Assembly: GCA_902539115.1 (NCBI GenBank)
Contig: CACBHP010000003.1
Location: 22,694 to 86,693 of the forward strand
Source: an uncultured Prochlorococcus sp.
GTDB lineage: Bacteria; Cyanobacteriota; Cyanobacteriia; PCC-6307; Cyanobiaceae
Direction: 5' to 3'
DNA: 64,000 bases
The notes below the pieces were generated by a model, which was given only the letters and a program-made list of their open reading frames with translations, searched no databases and was not told the origin of the DNA. The position numbers and the translations under genes were made by a program. The number at the start of each line of letters is the position of its first letter. Within the stretch, counting starts at the first letter, position 1. Shown piece by piece: positions 32,191-45,147 of the stretch.

Positions 32191-34296
32191 TGAAAAGCCA
32201 GGCTGATGTTTTTATTAATAGAGAATTAAGTTGGATTGAATTCAATAAAAGAGTACTCCTAACTGGTATGGAAAAGGAGTACAAAATCCTCGATAAAGTA
32301 AAATTTTGTTCAATTTTTAGTAATAATCTAGATGAATTTTTTATGGTAAGGGTAGCTTCTTTAAAGGCTCAAGTTGAAGCAGGAATTACTAAAAAAAGTA
32401 TTGATGGATTAACCCCTAAAGAGCAACTAACAAAAATCAACAAAGAAGTAAAAAATTTAACTACTATTCAAGAAAACTATATAAATAATGAATTAATTGA
32501 TGAATTACAAAAACGAGGTGTAATTTTAAAAAAATATGAGGATCTAAGTGAAAATCAAAAAAATTGGTGTAATAACTTCTTTATTTCATCTATTTTTCCT
32601 TTATTAACTCCGTTAGTTGTTGATCCAGCACATCCATTCCCATTCATAAGTAATTTAAGTCTAAATTTAGCAGCTTTAATAAAAGATGGGGAAGATTCTA
32701 AAAATCAGTTTGTCAGAATCAAAATACCAACAAAAAATATAAATCGATTTATACAAATTCCTAATGAAATTATTCAACATAGTGATGAAATTTCTCATAT
32801 TTACATAAGTGTTGAAGATTTAATTGGTAATAATATAAATACTTTATTTAATGGAATGGAATGTATAAATTACTCTTTTTTTAGATTAACAAGAGATGCA
32901 GATTTAGAATTAAAAGAACTTGAAGCTGATGATCTTCTTTTAGCAGTCGAACAAAGTTTGCAAAAAAGAAGATTAGGTGGAGACGTAGTTAGATTAGAAG
33001 TGAAATCGGATATGCCAGAAAATATTCTTAAATTACTTATTGGAAGTATCTCAATACAAGAAGAATACATATACTTTTGCAAAAGTTTTTTAGGTCTTGA
33101 CGATTTAAATCAGCTCACAAAAATTAATAGAGATGATTTAAAAGAAAATCTAATAATTGGGAAAACTCACCCACAATTAAAAAAATTTAGATTCGTCTTC
33201 AAACAAAAGCCTCAATTCTATTTTTAAGATACTTAGGAAAAACAATATTCTGCTTCATCATCCGTACGACTTATTTAAAACTTCAGTGGAAGAATTTATA
33301 AGCAGAGCCGCTGATGATCCACTTGTAATGGCTATAAAAATTACTTTATATCGAGTTTCCGACGATTCTCCTATCATCGCAGCTTTAATGCGAGCTGCAG
33401 AGAATGGGAAAGAAGTAATGACTCTTGTTGAACTAAAAGCAAGATTTGATGAAGACAATAATATTCAATGGGCGAAACAACTTGAACAAGCAGGAGTTCA
33501 TGTTGTCTATGGAATCATAGGATTTAAAACACATACAAAAATGGCATTAATAGTTAGAAAAGAAAAAGGACGATTAAGAAATTATTTTCATATTGGAACA
33601 GGAAACTATAATTCTAATACTTCAAGGTTTTATACGGATTTAGGATTACTTTCAACAGATCCTGATATTGCATCAGATTTACTTGAGTTATTTAATTTCT
33701 TATCAGGTTTTTCTAAACAAAAAGGTTATCAAAAATTATTAGTTTCTCCCTCATCGATGAGAGATAAGTTTATATTTCTAATTAAGAGAGAAATTAAAAA
33801 TGCAGAAGAAGGTAAAAAAGCTGAAATAATTGCAAAAATGAATTCTTTAGTAGACCCAGAAATAATTAAACTTCTTTATTTAGCTTCTGACTCAGGTGTA
33901 AAAATTAGTCTCATTGTAAGAGGTATTTGTTGCTTATATCCACAAAGAAAAAATTTAAGTGAAAATATTAAAGTCATAAGCATTATTGGGCATTTTCTTG
34001 AACACTCAAGAATTTTTTGGTTTTGTAATAACGATGATAATGAAGTTTTTATTGGGAGTGCAGATTGGATGAGAAGAAACCTCGATAGAAGGATAGAGGC
34101 TATTGCTCCAATAGAAGATTCTGAATTAAAATCTCAATTAAAAGCTCTTCTGGAAACATATATTAAAGACGATTACTTTTCTTGGATAATGAAAGATGAT
34201 GGTTCTTATGCAAAATATACAAAAGATTCGGCGAATAATCGTTCACAAACTGATCTCATAGAACAAAAGAATAATATTGATTTTTATAACATTTAA
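32190..34296 (+). CDS. ppk1: polyphosphate kinase 1, split by a +1 frameshift in an A7 run
   Basis: NRELSWIEFN, NLDEFFMVRVA, LLHHPY, ELKARFDE and GSADWMRRNLDRR. The ORFs join on removing one A at 33179-33185. Confidence 0.93.
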
Positions 34297-34463
34297 AAAA
34301 AATACTTAATATTTTAAAATTTTTTTTATTTTTATAAAAGCGTTTCATATCAATTGATTTGAAGAAATTAAGACAAAAAAAGATTTTTTTGTCTTTAAAG
34401 TTTCAACGTAAAAGTAGTTTTTATTTCGATTTCAGTGCTAGCTTTTTAAAAAATCCATTATTT

Positions 34464-34469
34464 AGGAGG
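34464..34469 (+). promoter_or_regulatory. strong Shine-Dalgarno sequence for the sigma factor gene
   Basis: AGGAGG lies 8 nt before ATG 34478 and 5 nt before GTG 34475. Confidence 0.6.
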
Positions 34470-34474
34470 CCAGG

Positions 34475-35497
34475 GTGATGGGGATCCCTCTGGAATCTGC
34501 AAAGAGCTCTTCAGATAATAATTTTGATGAGCCAAGATTACCAAACACTGCGGGAAAGTCTCGCAAATCAAAATCCAGTCTAACTGGAAAACAAAGCCAA
34601 AAAAAATCTGGAAGACTCGCTTCAGATTCTATCGGCTATTACTTAAGTAGCATTGGTAGAGTACCTCTTTTGACTCCAGCAGAGGAAATAGAGTTAGCTC
34701 ATCATGTGCAGAACATGAAGAAGTTGCTACAAATTCCTGAAACTGATAGATCGCAACGAAATCTTTATCAAATTAAAATTGGCAAAAGAGCTAGAGATAG
34801 AATGATGGCAGCTAATCTAAGACTAGTTGTTTCCGTTGCAAAAAAATACCAAAACCAAGGGCTTGAATTATTGGACCTTGTCCAGGAAGGCGCTATTGGC
34901 CTTGAAAGAGCTGTAGATAAATTTGATCCTGCTATGGGATATAAATTCTCAACTTATGCTTACTGGTGGATTAGACAAGGAATGACAAGAGCTATTGATA
35001 ACAGTGCAAGAACAATCCGTTTGCCTATTCACATAAGTGAAAAACTATCCAAAATGAGAAGAGTCTCTAGAGAATTGTCACATAAATTTGGTAGACAGCC
35101 TAGCAGATTGGAAATGGCAACTGAGATGGGAATTGATCAAAAGGATTTAGAAGATTTAATTTCGCAAAGTGCTCCCTGCGCCTCCCTAGACGCTCATGCG
35201 AGGGGCGAAGAAGACAGAAGTACTCTTGGTGAATTAATACCTGATCCAAACGGTGAAGAGCCTATGGAAGGCATGGATAGAACAATTCAGAAAGAGCATT
35301 TGGGAACTTGGCTTTCTCAATTAAATGAAAGAGAACAAAAAATCATGAAACTCAGATTTGGCTTAGATGGTGAAGAACCATTAACACTAGCAGAAATAGG
35401 GAGACAAATTAACGTTTCACGAGAAAGAGTAAGGCAACTAGAAGCTAAAGCAATATTAAAACTTAGAGTAATGACAACTCATCAAAAAGCAGCTTAA
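34475..35497 (+). CDS. RpoD-family group 2 sigma factor
   Basis: ANLRLVVSVAKKY, YKFSTYAYWWIRQG and region 4 TLAEIG..VSRERVRQLE; short N-terminus. Confidence 0.93.
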   Translation: MMGIPLESAKSSSDNNFDEPRLPNTAGKSRKSKSSLTGKQSQKKSGRLASDSIGYYLSSIGRVPLLTPAEEIELAHHVQNMKKLLQIPETDRSQRNLYQIKIGKRARDRMMAANLRLVVSVAKKYQNQGLELLDLVQEGAIGLERAVDKFDPAMGYKFSTYAYWWIRQGMTRAIDNSARTIRLPIHISEKLSKMRRVSRELSHKFGRQPSRLEMATEMGIDQKDLEDLISQSAPCASLDAHARGEEDRSTLGELIPDPNGEEPMEGMDRTIQKEHLGTWLSQLNEREQKIMKLRFGLDGEEPLTLAEIGRQINVSRERVRQLEAKAILKLRVMTTHQKAA

Positions 35498-35503
35498 AAA
35501 AAA

Positions 35504-36145
35504 TTGATAAAATTTACTGGAATTTTATTATATTTATTTTCAATTTTTTTAATATCAATAGTTTTTAAAAAATATAATGAGGACAGCAAAGAAATCGTCA
35601 GAAAAATAATACATATTGGAATAGGGCCATTAATACCAATTGCACAATATTTAAAAATTGATCAAAATTCAGCTCTTATTTTTACAGGATTTGTTTCCTT
35701 TATGGTTTTCATCAATTACAACTATAAATTATTTCCAACAATTGAAGATGTTGAAAGAAAGAGTTATGGAACATTATTTTATTGTCTAAGTTTATTTATT
35801 TTGATTTATCTTTTCTGGGATAAAGATCCATATGCATTAATTACTGGATTTTTCATAATGACTTTTGGTGATGGATTAGCTGGGTTAATAGGAAAAAGTT
35901 TTAACTCAAAGAATTGGATTTTTTTTAAACAGAAAAAATCATTATTAGGGACTATGACCATGTTTTTAACAAGCTTGATAGTAGTTTGCTCAATAGGATA
36001 CGCGCAACAAAATAGTTTTAATTTAAATTATTTTACAATAGCTTTTTTTGCGACTTTGCTCGAACAATTTAGTATTTTAGGAATAGATAATTTCATTGTT
36101 CCAATTTCTTCAGCATTATTTTTTAATTTTTTTATAACTAACTAA
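35504..36145 (+). CDS. phytol/polyprenol (dolichol) kinase family membrane protein
   Basis: RKIIHIGIG, FGDGLAGLIG, KSLLG and DNFIVP. Confidence 0.88.
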   Translation: MIKFTGILLYLFSIFLISIVFKKYNEDSKEIVRKIIHIGIGPLIPIAQYLKIDQNSALIFTGFVSFMVFINYNYKLFPTIEDVERKSYGTLFYCLSLFILIYLFWDKDPYALITGFFIMTFGDGLAGLIGKSFNSKNWIFFKQKKSLLGTMTMFLTSLIVVCSIGYAQQNSFNLNYFTIAFFATLLEQFSILGIDNFIVPISSALFFNFFITN

Positions 36146-37205
36146 GCGAATTGTATAAAATAGCTAGTAATTTTTTTGTTGTTTCTATGTCTATGCATGC
36201 ATCTGTAATGCTTCTGCCAAACTGGAGATTCTGTTTTTTAATGAGTTTTTGATTTCCTTCCTTTAAATGGCTTTCAAGCATAACTCCTAAAATATTTTTT
36301 TCACCATTACCTATTTGTGTAGCAATATTGTTTAGCACTTCCGACTGTTTTCGGTAGTCTTTATTGGAATTTCCATGACTACAATCAATCATCACTTTGT
36401 GAGGAAGATTAAATTGCTTCAATTCATCTGAAATTCTTTTAACGTATTTACTTTCAAAATTTGGACCTTTTGAACCTCCTCTTAAAACTATATGTCCATC
36501 TGGATTTCCCGTAGTATTAATAATAGAAGCCATTCCATTTTCATTTACACCTAAAAAATGATGGGATTTTGAAGCTGACTGCATTGCATTTATTGCAGTA
36601 GTAAAAGAACCATCCGTTCCATTTTTGAAACCTATAGGCATTGATAATCCCGATGCCATTTCCCTATGAGTTTGACTTTCAGTAGTGCGCGCACCTATGG
36701 CTGTCCAACTTATTAAATCAGCAATATATTGAGGAACAATTGGATCAAGTAATTCTGTAGCAGAAGGTATTCCACGAGTTGCTAAATATGAAAGCAAACT
36801 TCTTGCCCTTCTTAAACCAGTATTTATATCATAAGAATGATCTAAATGAGGATCATTTATCAATCCCTTCCAACCAATAGTTGTTCTCGGCTTCTCAAAA
36901 TATACTCTCATAATTATTTCTAATTTATCTTTATAAATTTCTCGAAAGTTTTGGATATATTTTGAATATTCTTTTGCCGCTTCTAGATCATGAATTGAAC
37001 ATGGACCAACTATGACTAAAAGCTTCTTATCATTATGATGCAAAATATTTTGTATCGATCTTCTAGTTTTAGATACTGTATTAGCAGAGGTGTGATCTAA
37101 AGGTATATCATTATGTAATCTACTTGGAGGTATTAATGGACGTGTTTCAACAACATGTACATCTGATGTCTTTTCTAAAGCTGAATTATTTGATGATGTC
37201 GTCAT
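36138..37205 (-). CDS. aroG: 3-deoxy-7-phosphoheptulonate (DAHP) synthase, class I-alpha
   Basis: VGPCSIHD, EKPRTTIGWKGL, IGARTTESQ and DCSHGNS. Confidence 0.93.
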   Translation of the reverse strand: MTTSSNNSALEKTSDVHVVETRPLIPPSRLHNDIPLDHTSANTVSKTRRSIQNILHHNDKKLLVIVGPCSIHDLEAAKEYSKYIQNFREIYKDKLEIIMRVYFEKPRTTIGWKGLINDPHLDHSYDINTGLRRARSLLSYLATRGIPSATELLDPIVPQYIADLISWTAIGARTTESQTHREMASGLSMPIGFKNGTDGSFTTAINAMQSASKSHHFLGVNENGMASIINTTGNPDGHIVLRGGSKGPNFESKYVKRISDELKQFNLPHKVMIDCSHGNSNKDYRKQSEVLNNIATQIGNGEKNILGVMLESHLKEGNQKLIKKQNLQFGRSITDACIDIETTKKLLAILYNSLS

Positions 37206-37302
37206 TGATTAATTAAGAAGTTTGAATATTTAAAAAAGCATTTATGAATACTCTCCTTTTCAATATTAAAAATAACAATAGATTAGGCATTAAACCTTAC
37301 TA

Positions 37303-39878
37303 ATGAAGAATTTGGAAACATTGCTCAAAGATTATGCAGATCACGTAGCTGAAAGAGCTGCCAAAGGTATACCTCCTTTACCTTTAAATGCTGAACAAAC
37401 CAATTGTGTTACAAAATTACTAGAACAAGATAGTATTTACGATTCATCATATTTACTTGATTTACTAATAAATAGAGTACCACCAGGAGTTGATGAGGCT
37501 GCCTATGTAAAAGCAAGCTGGCTTACAGCTATTGTTAGTTCCGAAAAATATTGCAAATCAATTAATCCTGAAAAAGCAATTGAAATACTGGGAACAATGA
37601 TAGGAGGATATAATGTAAATTCTTTGGTTGAAATACTGAAAGGAAAAAATAGTTTACTTGCTAAAAAAGCGGCAGAAGTTTTAAAAAATATTATTCTTGT
37701 GTACGACTCAGCTAATGAAATTTATGAATTATCTCAAAATAATTTTTATGCGAAAGAGATTGTAAATAGTTGGGCAAATGCAGAATGGTTCAAAAATAAA
37801 AAAGTTCTGAAGAAAGAGATTACTTGTTTAGTATTTAAAGTTGACGGTGAAACAAATACAGACGACTTATCTCCAGCTGTACATGCAACAACACGCCCGG
37901 ATATTCCAATGCACGCATTAGCTATGTTGGAATTTAAAAAACCTGATGGACTAAAGATTCTTGATAATTTAAAAAAACAAAATTTACCAATAGCTTATGT
38001 TGGAGATGTCGTTGGAACAGGGAGTTCAAGAAAATCTGCTATTAATTCACTCATTTGGCATATAGGAGAAGATATTGCTTTTGTTCCAAACAAAAAAAAA
38101 CAGGTGGAATAATAATTGGTAGCAAAATAGCCCCAATTTTCTTTAATACTGCACAAGATTCAGGAGCCTTACCAATAGAAGCTGACGTATCTCAAATGGA
38201 AACAGGAGATATTATTAAAATATATCCTTATGCAGGCATTATTAAAAAAATTGAAAAAGATTCAAATACTGAAGAATTAATAAGCAAATTCGACTTATAT
38301 CCATCAACTCTTACTGATGAAATTCAAGCTGGCGGAAGAATTAATCTTATGATTGGGAGATCACTTACAGACAAAATTAGAAATAAATTAGATTATCAAC
38401 CTAGTGAAATATTTATCAGACCACAAAATCCAACCGCAAGTAATGCCGGCTTTACTCAAGCACAAAAAATAGTAGGCAAAGCATGCGGTTTAGATGGAGT
38501 AAGGCCAGGAATGACCTGTGAGCCAATTATGACCACAGTTGGTAGTCAAGATACTACTGGGCCAATGACTAGAGATGAACTAAAAGAACTAGCTTGTTTA
38601 GGATTTACTGCAGATTTAGTAATGCAAAGTTTTTGTCATACAGCTGCGTATCCTAAACCAGTAGATCTAGTTACCCATAAAGAATTACCTGATTTTATAT
38701 CTCAAAGAGGTGGAGTAGCTCTTAAGCCTGGAGATGGCATAATTCATAGCTGGCTTAATAGAATGCTTCTCCCAGATACTGTTGGGACAGGTGGAGATAG
38801 TCATACTAGATTTCCTCTTGGCATTTCATTTCCTGGAGGATCGGGCATTGTTGCCTTCGCCGCTGCAATAGGATCAATGCCATTAAATATGCCAGAATCT
38901 GTACTGGTTAAATTTAAGGGAGAATTATTACCAGGAATCACTCTTAGAGATTTAGTAAATGCAATCCCTCTCTTCGCAATAAAAAAAGGACTCTTAACTG
39001 TTGAGAAAGAAAATAAGAAAAATATATTCAACGGGAAAATTATGGAAATTGAGGGATTACCAAACCTAAAACTTGAACAAGCTTTTGAACTTACTGATGC
39101 TACTGCAGAACGCTCATGCGCTGGTAGCACCATACTTTTATCCCAAGCAACTGTACAAGAATACTTAAGAAGCAATATTTGCCTGCTAGAAAAAATGATT
39201 GAGAGCAATTATGAAGATTCAAAATCAATTTCAAGAAGAATAAATGATATGAAAAATTGGTTAAAAAAACCATCATTAATTCAACCAGATTTAAATGCTG
39301 AGTATGAAGAAATCATCGAAATTGATTTAGCAAAAGTAAAACAACCTATAGTTGCTTGCCCAAACGATCCAGATAATGTAAAAGAAATCACTGATGTTGC
39401 AAATACAAATATTGACGAAGTTTTTATAGGTTCTTGCATGACGAATATTGGCCATTACAGGGCAGCTGCGAAAGTTCTTGAAGGTGTGCAAAATTTAAAA
39501 GCTAAATTATGGATTTGTCCACCAACAAAAATGGATGAAGAAACTCTAAAAGCTGAAGGTTACTATAAAATATTCGAAGAATGTGGTGCAAGATTAGAGT
39601 TACCAGGCTGTTCTTTATGTATGGGAAATCAAGCCAGAGTAGATGAAGGTTCTGTAGTATTTTCTACTAGTACAAGAAATTTTGACAATAGACTTGGTAA
39701 AAACGCGCAAGTATTTTTAGGGAGTGCAGAATTAGCAGCAGTTTGCGCATTCCTTGGAAAAATACCTGAAATACAAGAATATCAGGATATTACTAAAAAT
39801 AAAATTAATCCATATTCAGAGGAACTTTATCGTTATCTTCAATTTGATGAAATACACGATTTCAGCTTGTTAAAGTGA
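37303..39878 (+). CDS. acnB: aconitate hydratase B, split by a frameshift in an A9 run
   Basis: [34 protein letters not shown] and GCSLCMGNQ. The frames join at 38092-38100. Confidence 0.95.
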
Positions 39879-39887
39879 TCATGGACT

Positions 39888-41246
39888 ATGCCAAACCTAA
39901 TAAAAGATAATATTCAGAAAACAAGAAATAATTCTTCTCGTAGCATCAAAAAATTATTAAAACAAAGATCCTTAGTCGTTGCATTTTCGCTCTTATTAAC
40001 AGGTTTAGGAGCCTCAATTACAAGCATATCTTTTAAAACTGGAATCTACTTTATTAATAATTGGAGATTAGCATTATTAGACCAATTCCCATCTATTGCG
40101 GTCTTACCTATTTTTGGAGCTCTAGGAGGAACCATTGCAGGATATTTGATTAAAAATATAGCACCTGCCGCAAAAGGTTCAGGTGTGAGTCAAATCATGG
40201 GGTTCTTAAGGCATAAAAAAGTTCCAATGAACATAAAAGTAGGATTAGTAAAACTCATATCAGGAATTATTGCTATTGGAAGTGGATTCCCTTTGGGTCC
40301 AGAAGGCCCATCAGTTCAAATGGGAGGATCAGTAGCTTGGCAAATGGCAAAGTGGCTCAAAGCTCCTACAGCTTTTAGAAGGGTAATAGTAGCAGCAGGT
40401 GGTGGTGCTGGAATAGCTGCAGTATTTAGCGCTCCATTAGGAGGGTTTGTCTATGCAATTGAAGAGTTATTAAACTCTGCTAGGCCTGTAATTTTGCTAT
40501 TAGTAATAATTACAACCTTCATTGCAGATTCATCTGCTGATATTATTCAAGCCTTGGGTTTAGATCCTAAAGCAGGGGGCTTTGATTTTAATCTCGGATT
40601 TTTGATCCAAAAAGAATATGACCCATCAGTTTTTTTCTTGCCCATAGATTTTATTTACCTAGTTTTACTTGGAATAATTATTGGAATGTTTGCAGAATTG
40701 TACAGCAGATATGTTTTATTAATGCAAAATCTTGGGAAAAAGTGGTATAGAAATAAATTTGTTTTAAAAATGAGTATCTGTGGACTTATTTTAGGAAGTA
40801 TCTATTCTTGTTTACCCAGTTCATTTCATAATTTAGATGAATTGCAGAAAATAATAGCCGAACAAAATACAAGTATTGGAATTGCTTTATTAGCAGTTTT
40901 AGTATTATTTATAACTACAGGTTTGGCTGCAGCATCTGGGGCTCCTGGAGGATTGTTCTATCCAATGCTTACTTTAGGAGGGTCAATCGGACTTATAATG
41001 GGGAACTGGGTAGAAATTGCGACAGGACATGCACCTAGTACATACATTTTTGCAGGAATGGGAGCGTTCGTAGCAGGATGTTCACGAACACCAATAACAG
41101 CGATGTTTTTAGCTTTTGCTTTAACAAAAAATCTATTAATAATGAAACCTGTCTTAATCAGCTGCATTGCCAGTTTCTTAATAGCAAGAGCTTTTAATGA
41201 AGAATCAATTTATGAAAGACAAATACAAATAGAATTAGAAAACTAA
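39888..41246 (+). CDS. ClC family H+/Cl- exchanger or chloride channel
   Basis: GSGVS, LGPEGPSVQ, GGLFYP and SIYE. Confidence 0.92.
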   Translation: MPNLIKDNIQKTRNNSSRSIKKLLKQRSLVVAFSLLLTGLGASITSISFKTGIYFINNWRLALLDQFPSIAVLPIFGALGGTIAGYLIKNIAPAAKGSGVSQIMGFLRHKKVPMNIKVGLVKLISGIIAIGSGFPLGPEGPSVQMGGSVAWQMAKWLKAPTAFRRVIVAAGGGAGIAAVFSAPLGGFVYAIEELLNSARPVILLLVIITTFIADSSADIIQALGLDPKAGGFDFNLGFLIQKEYDPSVFFLPIDFIYLVLLGIIIGMFAELYSRYVLLMQNLGKKWYRNKFVLKMSICGLILGSIYSCLPSSFHNLDELQKIIAEQNTSIGIALLAVLVLFITTGLAAASGAPGGLFYPMLTLGGSIGLIMGNWVEIATGHAPSTYIFAGMGAFVAGCSRTPITAMFLAFALTKNLLIMKPVLISCIASFLIARAFNEESIYERQIQIELEN

Positions 41247-41258
41247 AAAAAACTATCT

Positions 41259-42113
41259 TCAATCAAAAACAGCAGTTTTACTGTTATAAACAAATACTTG
41301 ATGATTCAGATGTAATCTAACTGCTCTTGCTAAAGCTATTCTTTCAATATCTCTTCCTTTTCTAATCAAATCATCAACTTCATCCCTATGACTTACATTA
41401 ACTGTGCATTGCTCAATTATCGGGCCTTCATCAAGATCTTCAGTAACATAGTGAGCAGTAGCACCGATTAATTTAACACCTCTCTTCCATGCTCGATGAT
41501 ATGGTTGCCCTCCCTTAAATGCAGGTAAGAAAGAATGATGAATATTTATTATTGAAGAAAACTTTTTTAAAAAAGAGTCACTCAAAATTTGCATATATTT
41601 GGCTAATACAACAAGATCAATTTCATATTCGTTTAGTAAATTTAAAAATTGATCTTCAACGATAGATTTAGCAATATTAAAAGTATCAAAATGGACAAAT
41701 TTTGCATTAAAGTCATTCGCAATATTTTCAAGATCAGAATGATTTGAAATTATTAACGGGACTTTCATTTTGAGTTCTCCATTTCTTACTCGCCAAAGTA
41801 AATCAATCAAACAATGATTTTGTTTACTCACAAAAATAGCAACATTAGGAATTTCATCAGAATAATTTACATTGAATTTTCCATTTACCTCATCTGCAAT
41901 TTTTTCAAATTCTTTATAAATTTCATCTTTATTGAAAGAGGCGTTGTTACTGTTCCATTCAATTCTACTAAGAAACAAACCCGCATCTTGATCTGTATGA
42001 TGATCAGAATGTTTTATGTTACCACCATAATTTGAAATCCAACTTGTAAGTAAACTTACAAGACCAGGACGATCGGGACAAACAATTTTGAATATAATTG
42101 AAGGATGTTCCAA
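41259..42113 (-). CDS. purU: formyltetrahydrofolate deformylase
   Basis: ACT domain CPDRPGLV, LAKYMQILS and NIHHSFLPAFKG. Confidence 0.96.
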   Translation of the reverse strand: MEHPSIIFKIVCPDRPGLVSLLTSWISNYGGNIKHSDHHTDQDAGLFLSRIEWNSNNASFNKDEIYKEFEKIADEVNGKFNVNYSDEIPNVAIFVSKQNHCLIDLLWRVRNGELKMKVPLIISNHSDLENIANDFNAKFVHFDTFNIAKSIVEDQFLNLLNEYEIDLVVLAKYMQILSDSFLKKFSSIINIHHSFLPAFKGGQPYHRAWKRGVKLIGATAHYVTEDLDEGPIIEQCTVNVSHRDEVDDLIRKGRDIERIALARAVRLHLNHQVFVYNSKTAVFD

Positions 42114-42160
42114 AAATCTTTAACTATTAAGTCAAATAAGCCAGCATATCTAATATATCA

Positions 42161-43243
42161 ATGAAAAGCTTAAAAGAAAATTTTCAAAAAGCACACATAG
42201 CTATTATTGGTTCAGGTATTATAGGAAAATTTAACGCCTTAGAATTATCAGAATTAGGTTTCCAGGTAACGATAATAGATCCAACTGAACTCCAAAATAG
42301 TAGCTATGCAGCTTTAGGCTTACTAATGGGTAATATGTATCAAAAAAGAAGAGGTAGAAGCTGGGATCTCAGGAAACAAAGCATTGAATTATGGCCACAA
42401 TGGATTAGATTCTTGCAAAAATTTAATTATGAATTAAAGATCGAAAAACCATTAATACAACTAACTACTAATGAAGAAAAGTTTAAAAAATTAGAGAAAT
42501 TTATTTATGAAAGTAATGATCAAAACTTACAGATTTTAGAAAGAGACTCTATATTTATCAAGAATATAAATAAAGCCTTCCAAACACAAAATATAAAAGG
42601 AATGATCTCCTTCAAAGATGGAAGAATAAATCCTTTCTCTTTACTTCAAACATTAGACAAATATCTAAAACATAAAAAAATCAATTTTTCGGATGGAGAA
42701 ATAATAAAAATCAGAAAATCAAACAATCAATGGATTTCTACAACAAGAAATAATGAAAACATCAAATCTGATGTGGTTATTTTGTGCAATTCACTTAGAG
42801 CAGTTGATTTAATAGATAGCATATCTCACAACATCATATTAAAACCTGTCTTGGGTCAAGCTATGGAAATTGATATAAATGATAAAGAGGTTGATTTATT
42901 ATCGCTGCCGAAACAATTCAATATAAATGGTAAAAACATAATTCCAAAATCAAAAAATAAGTTAATTATTGGATCAACTGACGAATATAGTGCTAAGCCA
43001 ATAGAAAATACATTCGAAAAACTCACAAATTTTCTCGATAAAAAACCAAATTGGCTGATGAAAGGGGAAATTTCAAAAAAATGGTACGGAATAAGGTCAA
43101 GACCTCATGGTGAACCTTCACCAATAATGAAAAATCTTGAAGATGGACTAATTATATGTACAGGTTTTTATAAAAATGGAATTTTGCTTGCTCCGGCTTG
43201 TTCTAAATGGGTTGCTAATGAAATTAAAAAATACCTTTTTTAA
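42161..43243 (+). CDS. FAD-dependent oxidoreductase (DAO / glycine oxidase family)
   Basis: [14 protein letters not shown] and [11 protein letters not shown]. Confidence 0.85.
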   Translation: MKSLKENFQKAHIAIIGSGIIGKFNALELSELGFQVTIIDPTELQNSSYAALGLLMGNMYQKRRGRSWDLRKQSIELWPQWIRFLQKFNYELKIEKPLIQLTTNEEKFKKLEKFIYESNDQNLQILERDSIFIKNINKAFQTQNIKGMISFKDGRINPFSLLQTLDKYLKHKKINFSDGEIIKIRKSNNQWISTTRNNENIKSDVVILCNSLRAVDLIDSISHNIILKPVLGQAMEIDINDKEVDLLSLPKQFNINGKNIIPKSKNKLIIGSTDEYSAKPIENTFEKLTNFLDKKPNWLMKGEISKKWYGIRSRPHGEPSPIMKNLEDGLIICTGFYKNGILLAPACSKWVANEIKKYLF

Positions 43244-45147
43244 TCTTTCGTTTCAGTAAAGTCGGCATCAATTACATCATCTCCACCTTTTTCGTTAGAA
43301 TCACTCTGATCAGAACCACTCGGTGCGCCTGGTGAAGGTGGCTGATTACCTGGTTGCTGATAAACAGATGAACCAACTGCATAAAGTTCTTGCTGAAGTT
43401 CTTCAAGAAGTTTTTTCATTGATTCATAATCTTCCTTTGAAGTTGCCTCTTTTAAAGCATTACTTTTTTCTTCAACTTTAGACTTTGCTTCAGCATCAAT
43501 TTTATCCCCCAACTCACCAAGTTGCTTTTCAGTCTGATATACAAGTGTTTCAGCTTGATTCTTTAGATCAATTTTTTCTCTTTTTTCTTTATCTGCAGAT
43601 GCATTTGATTCAGCATCTTTTACCATTTTTTCTACTTCATTATCAGATAAAGTTGAAGCACCAGTGATTGAAATACTTTGCTCTTTACCACTTCCTTTAT
43701 CTTTAGCTGTAACACTAAGAATACCATTTGCATCGATATCAAATGTAACTTCAATTTGTGGAACACCTCGTGGTGCTGACGGTATTCCATCCAATCTAAA
43801 AGTTCCTAAGCTTTTATTATCAGAAGCCATTTCTCTTTCACCCTGTAAAACGTGTATTTCAACATTTGTTTGACCGTCTACAGCAGTTGAATATGTTTCA
43901 GATTTCTTCGTAGGTACGGTAGTATTTCGATTTATCATTTTTGTCATTACTCCGCCTAGAGTCTCTACACCTAAAGAAAGTGGAGTTACGTCAAGCAATA
44001 ATATATCTTTAACCTCTCCTGCTAAAACTCCTCCCTGAATTGCAGCTCCAACAGCTACTACCTCATCAGGATTAACGGTTTGATTTGGATCTTTACCAAT
44101 TATTTTTTTAACTAAATCTAAAACAGCAGGTATTCTGGATGAGCCTCCTACCATAACAACTTCATCAATTTCACTAGTAGAAATTTTTGCATCGCTTATA
44201 GCTCTCTCAACAGGGGTCTTACACCTATCAATTAAAGAAGCTGCTAATTCCTCGAACTTTACTCTAGTAAGATTCAAATCTAAATGTTTTGGTCCTTCGG
44301 GCGTAGCTGTAATAAAAGGCAGATTTATCTCACTTTGCGTAGCATTTGAGAGCTCTATTTTCGCTTTTTCTGCAGCTTCAGTCAATCTTTGCAAAGCTTG
44401 CTTATCTTGTCTGAGATCAATTCCCTCATTTGATTTAAAAGTATTAGCCAAGTGATCTACGATACATCTATCAAAATCATCACCACCTAAATGAGTATCT
44501 CCAGATGTAGAAAGAACTTCAGTTACTCCATCACCTGCCTCTATAACTGAAACATCAAATGTTCCTCCTCCTAAATCAAAAACAAGAATTTTTTCATTTT
44601 CTTTATCCAAACCATATGCTAAAGCAGCAGCGGTTGGCTCATTAACAATTCTGAGAACTTCTAAACCTGCAATCTTTCCAGCATCTTTGGTAGCCTGTCT
44701 TTGTGAGTCATTAAAATAAGCTGGAACTGTAATTACAGCTTGTGTAACTTTTTCACCAAGGTATTTACCCGCATCATCTGCTAACTTTCTCAATACTTGA
44801 GAACTTACCTCTTCAGGAGAAAACTGCTTATCCAATACAGGGCATTTTAATTTGACACTAGAACCAGATTTTTCAACGGAATAACTAACTTCTTTGGATT
44901 CTTCATTAACTTCATCAACCCTTCTTCCAACAAATCGTTTTGCTGAATAAAAAGTATTTTCAGGGTTCATTACAGCTTGTCTTTTAGCTATTTGTCCAAC
45001 AAGCTGATCTTGATTTTTTGTATATGCAACAACTGATGGAGTAGTTCTGAAACCCTCAGCATTTGCTATTACAGTAGGTTTACCACCTTCCATTACAGCA
45101 ACACAACTATTAGTTGTTCCTAAATCGATTCCTACAACCTTCCCCAT
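43240..45147 (-). CDS. dnaK: chaperone DnaK (DnaK2 type)
   Basis: [14 protein letters not shown] with ATG at 45147, DLGGGTFD, and C-terminal DVIDADF. Confidence 0.98.
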   Translation of the reverse strand: MGKVVGIDLGTTNSCVAVMEGGKPTVIANAEGFRTTPSVVAYTKNQDQLVGQIAKRQAVMNPENTFYSAKRFVGRRVDEVNEESKEVSYSVEKSGSSVKLKCPVLDKQFSPEEVSSQVLRKLADDAGKYLGEKVTQAVITVPAYFNDSQRQATKDAGKIAGLEVLRIVNEPTAAALAYGLDKENEKILVFDLGGGTFDVSVIEAGDGVTEVLSTSGDTHLGGDDFDRCIVDHLANTFKSNEGIDLRQDKQALQRLTEAAEKAKIELSNATQSEINLPFITATPEGPKHLDLNLTRVKFEELAASLIDRCKTPVERAISDAKISTSEIDEVVMVGGSSRIPAVLDLVKKIIGKDPNQTVNPDEVVAVGAAIQGGVLAGEVKDILLLDVTPLSLGVETLGGVMTKMINRNTTVPTKKSETYSTAVDGQTNVEIHVLQGEREMASDNKSLGTFRLDGIPSAPRGVPQIEVTFDIDANGILSVTAKDKGSGKEQSISITGASTLSDNEVEKMVKDAESNASADKEKREKIDLKNQAETLVYQTEKQLGELGDKIDAEAKSKVEEKSNALKEATSKEDYESMKKLLEELQQELYAVGSSVYQQPGNQPPSPGAPSGSDQSDSNEKGGDDVIDADFTETKD

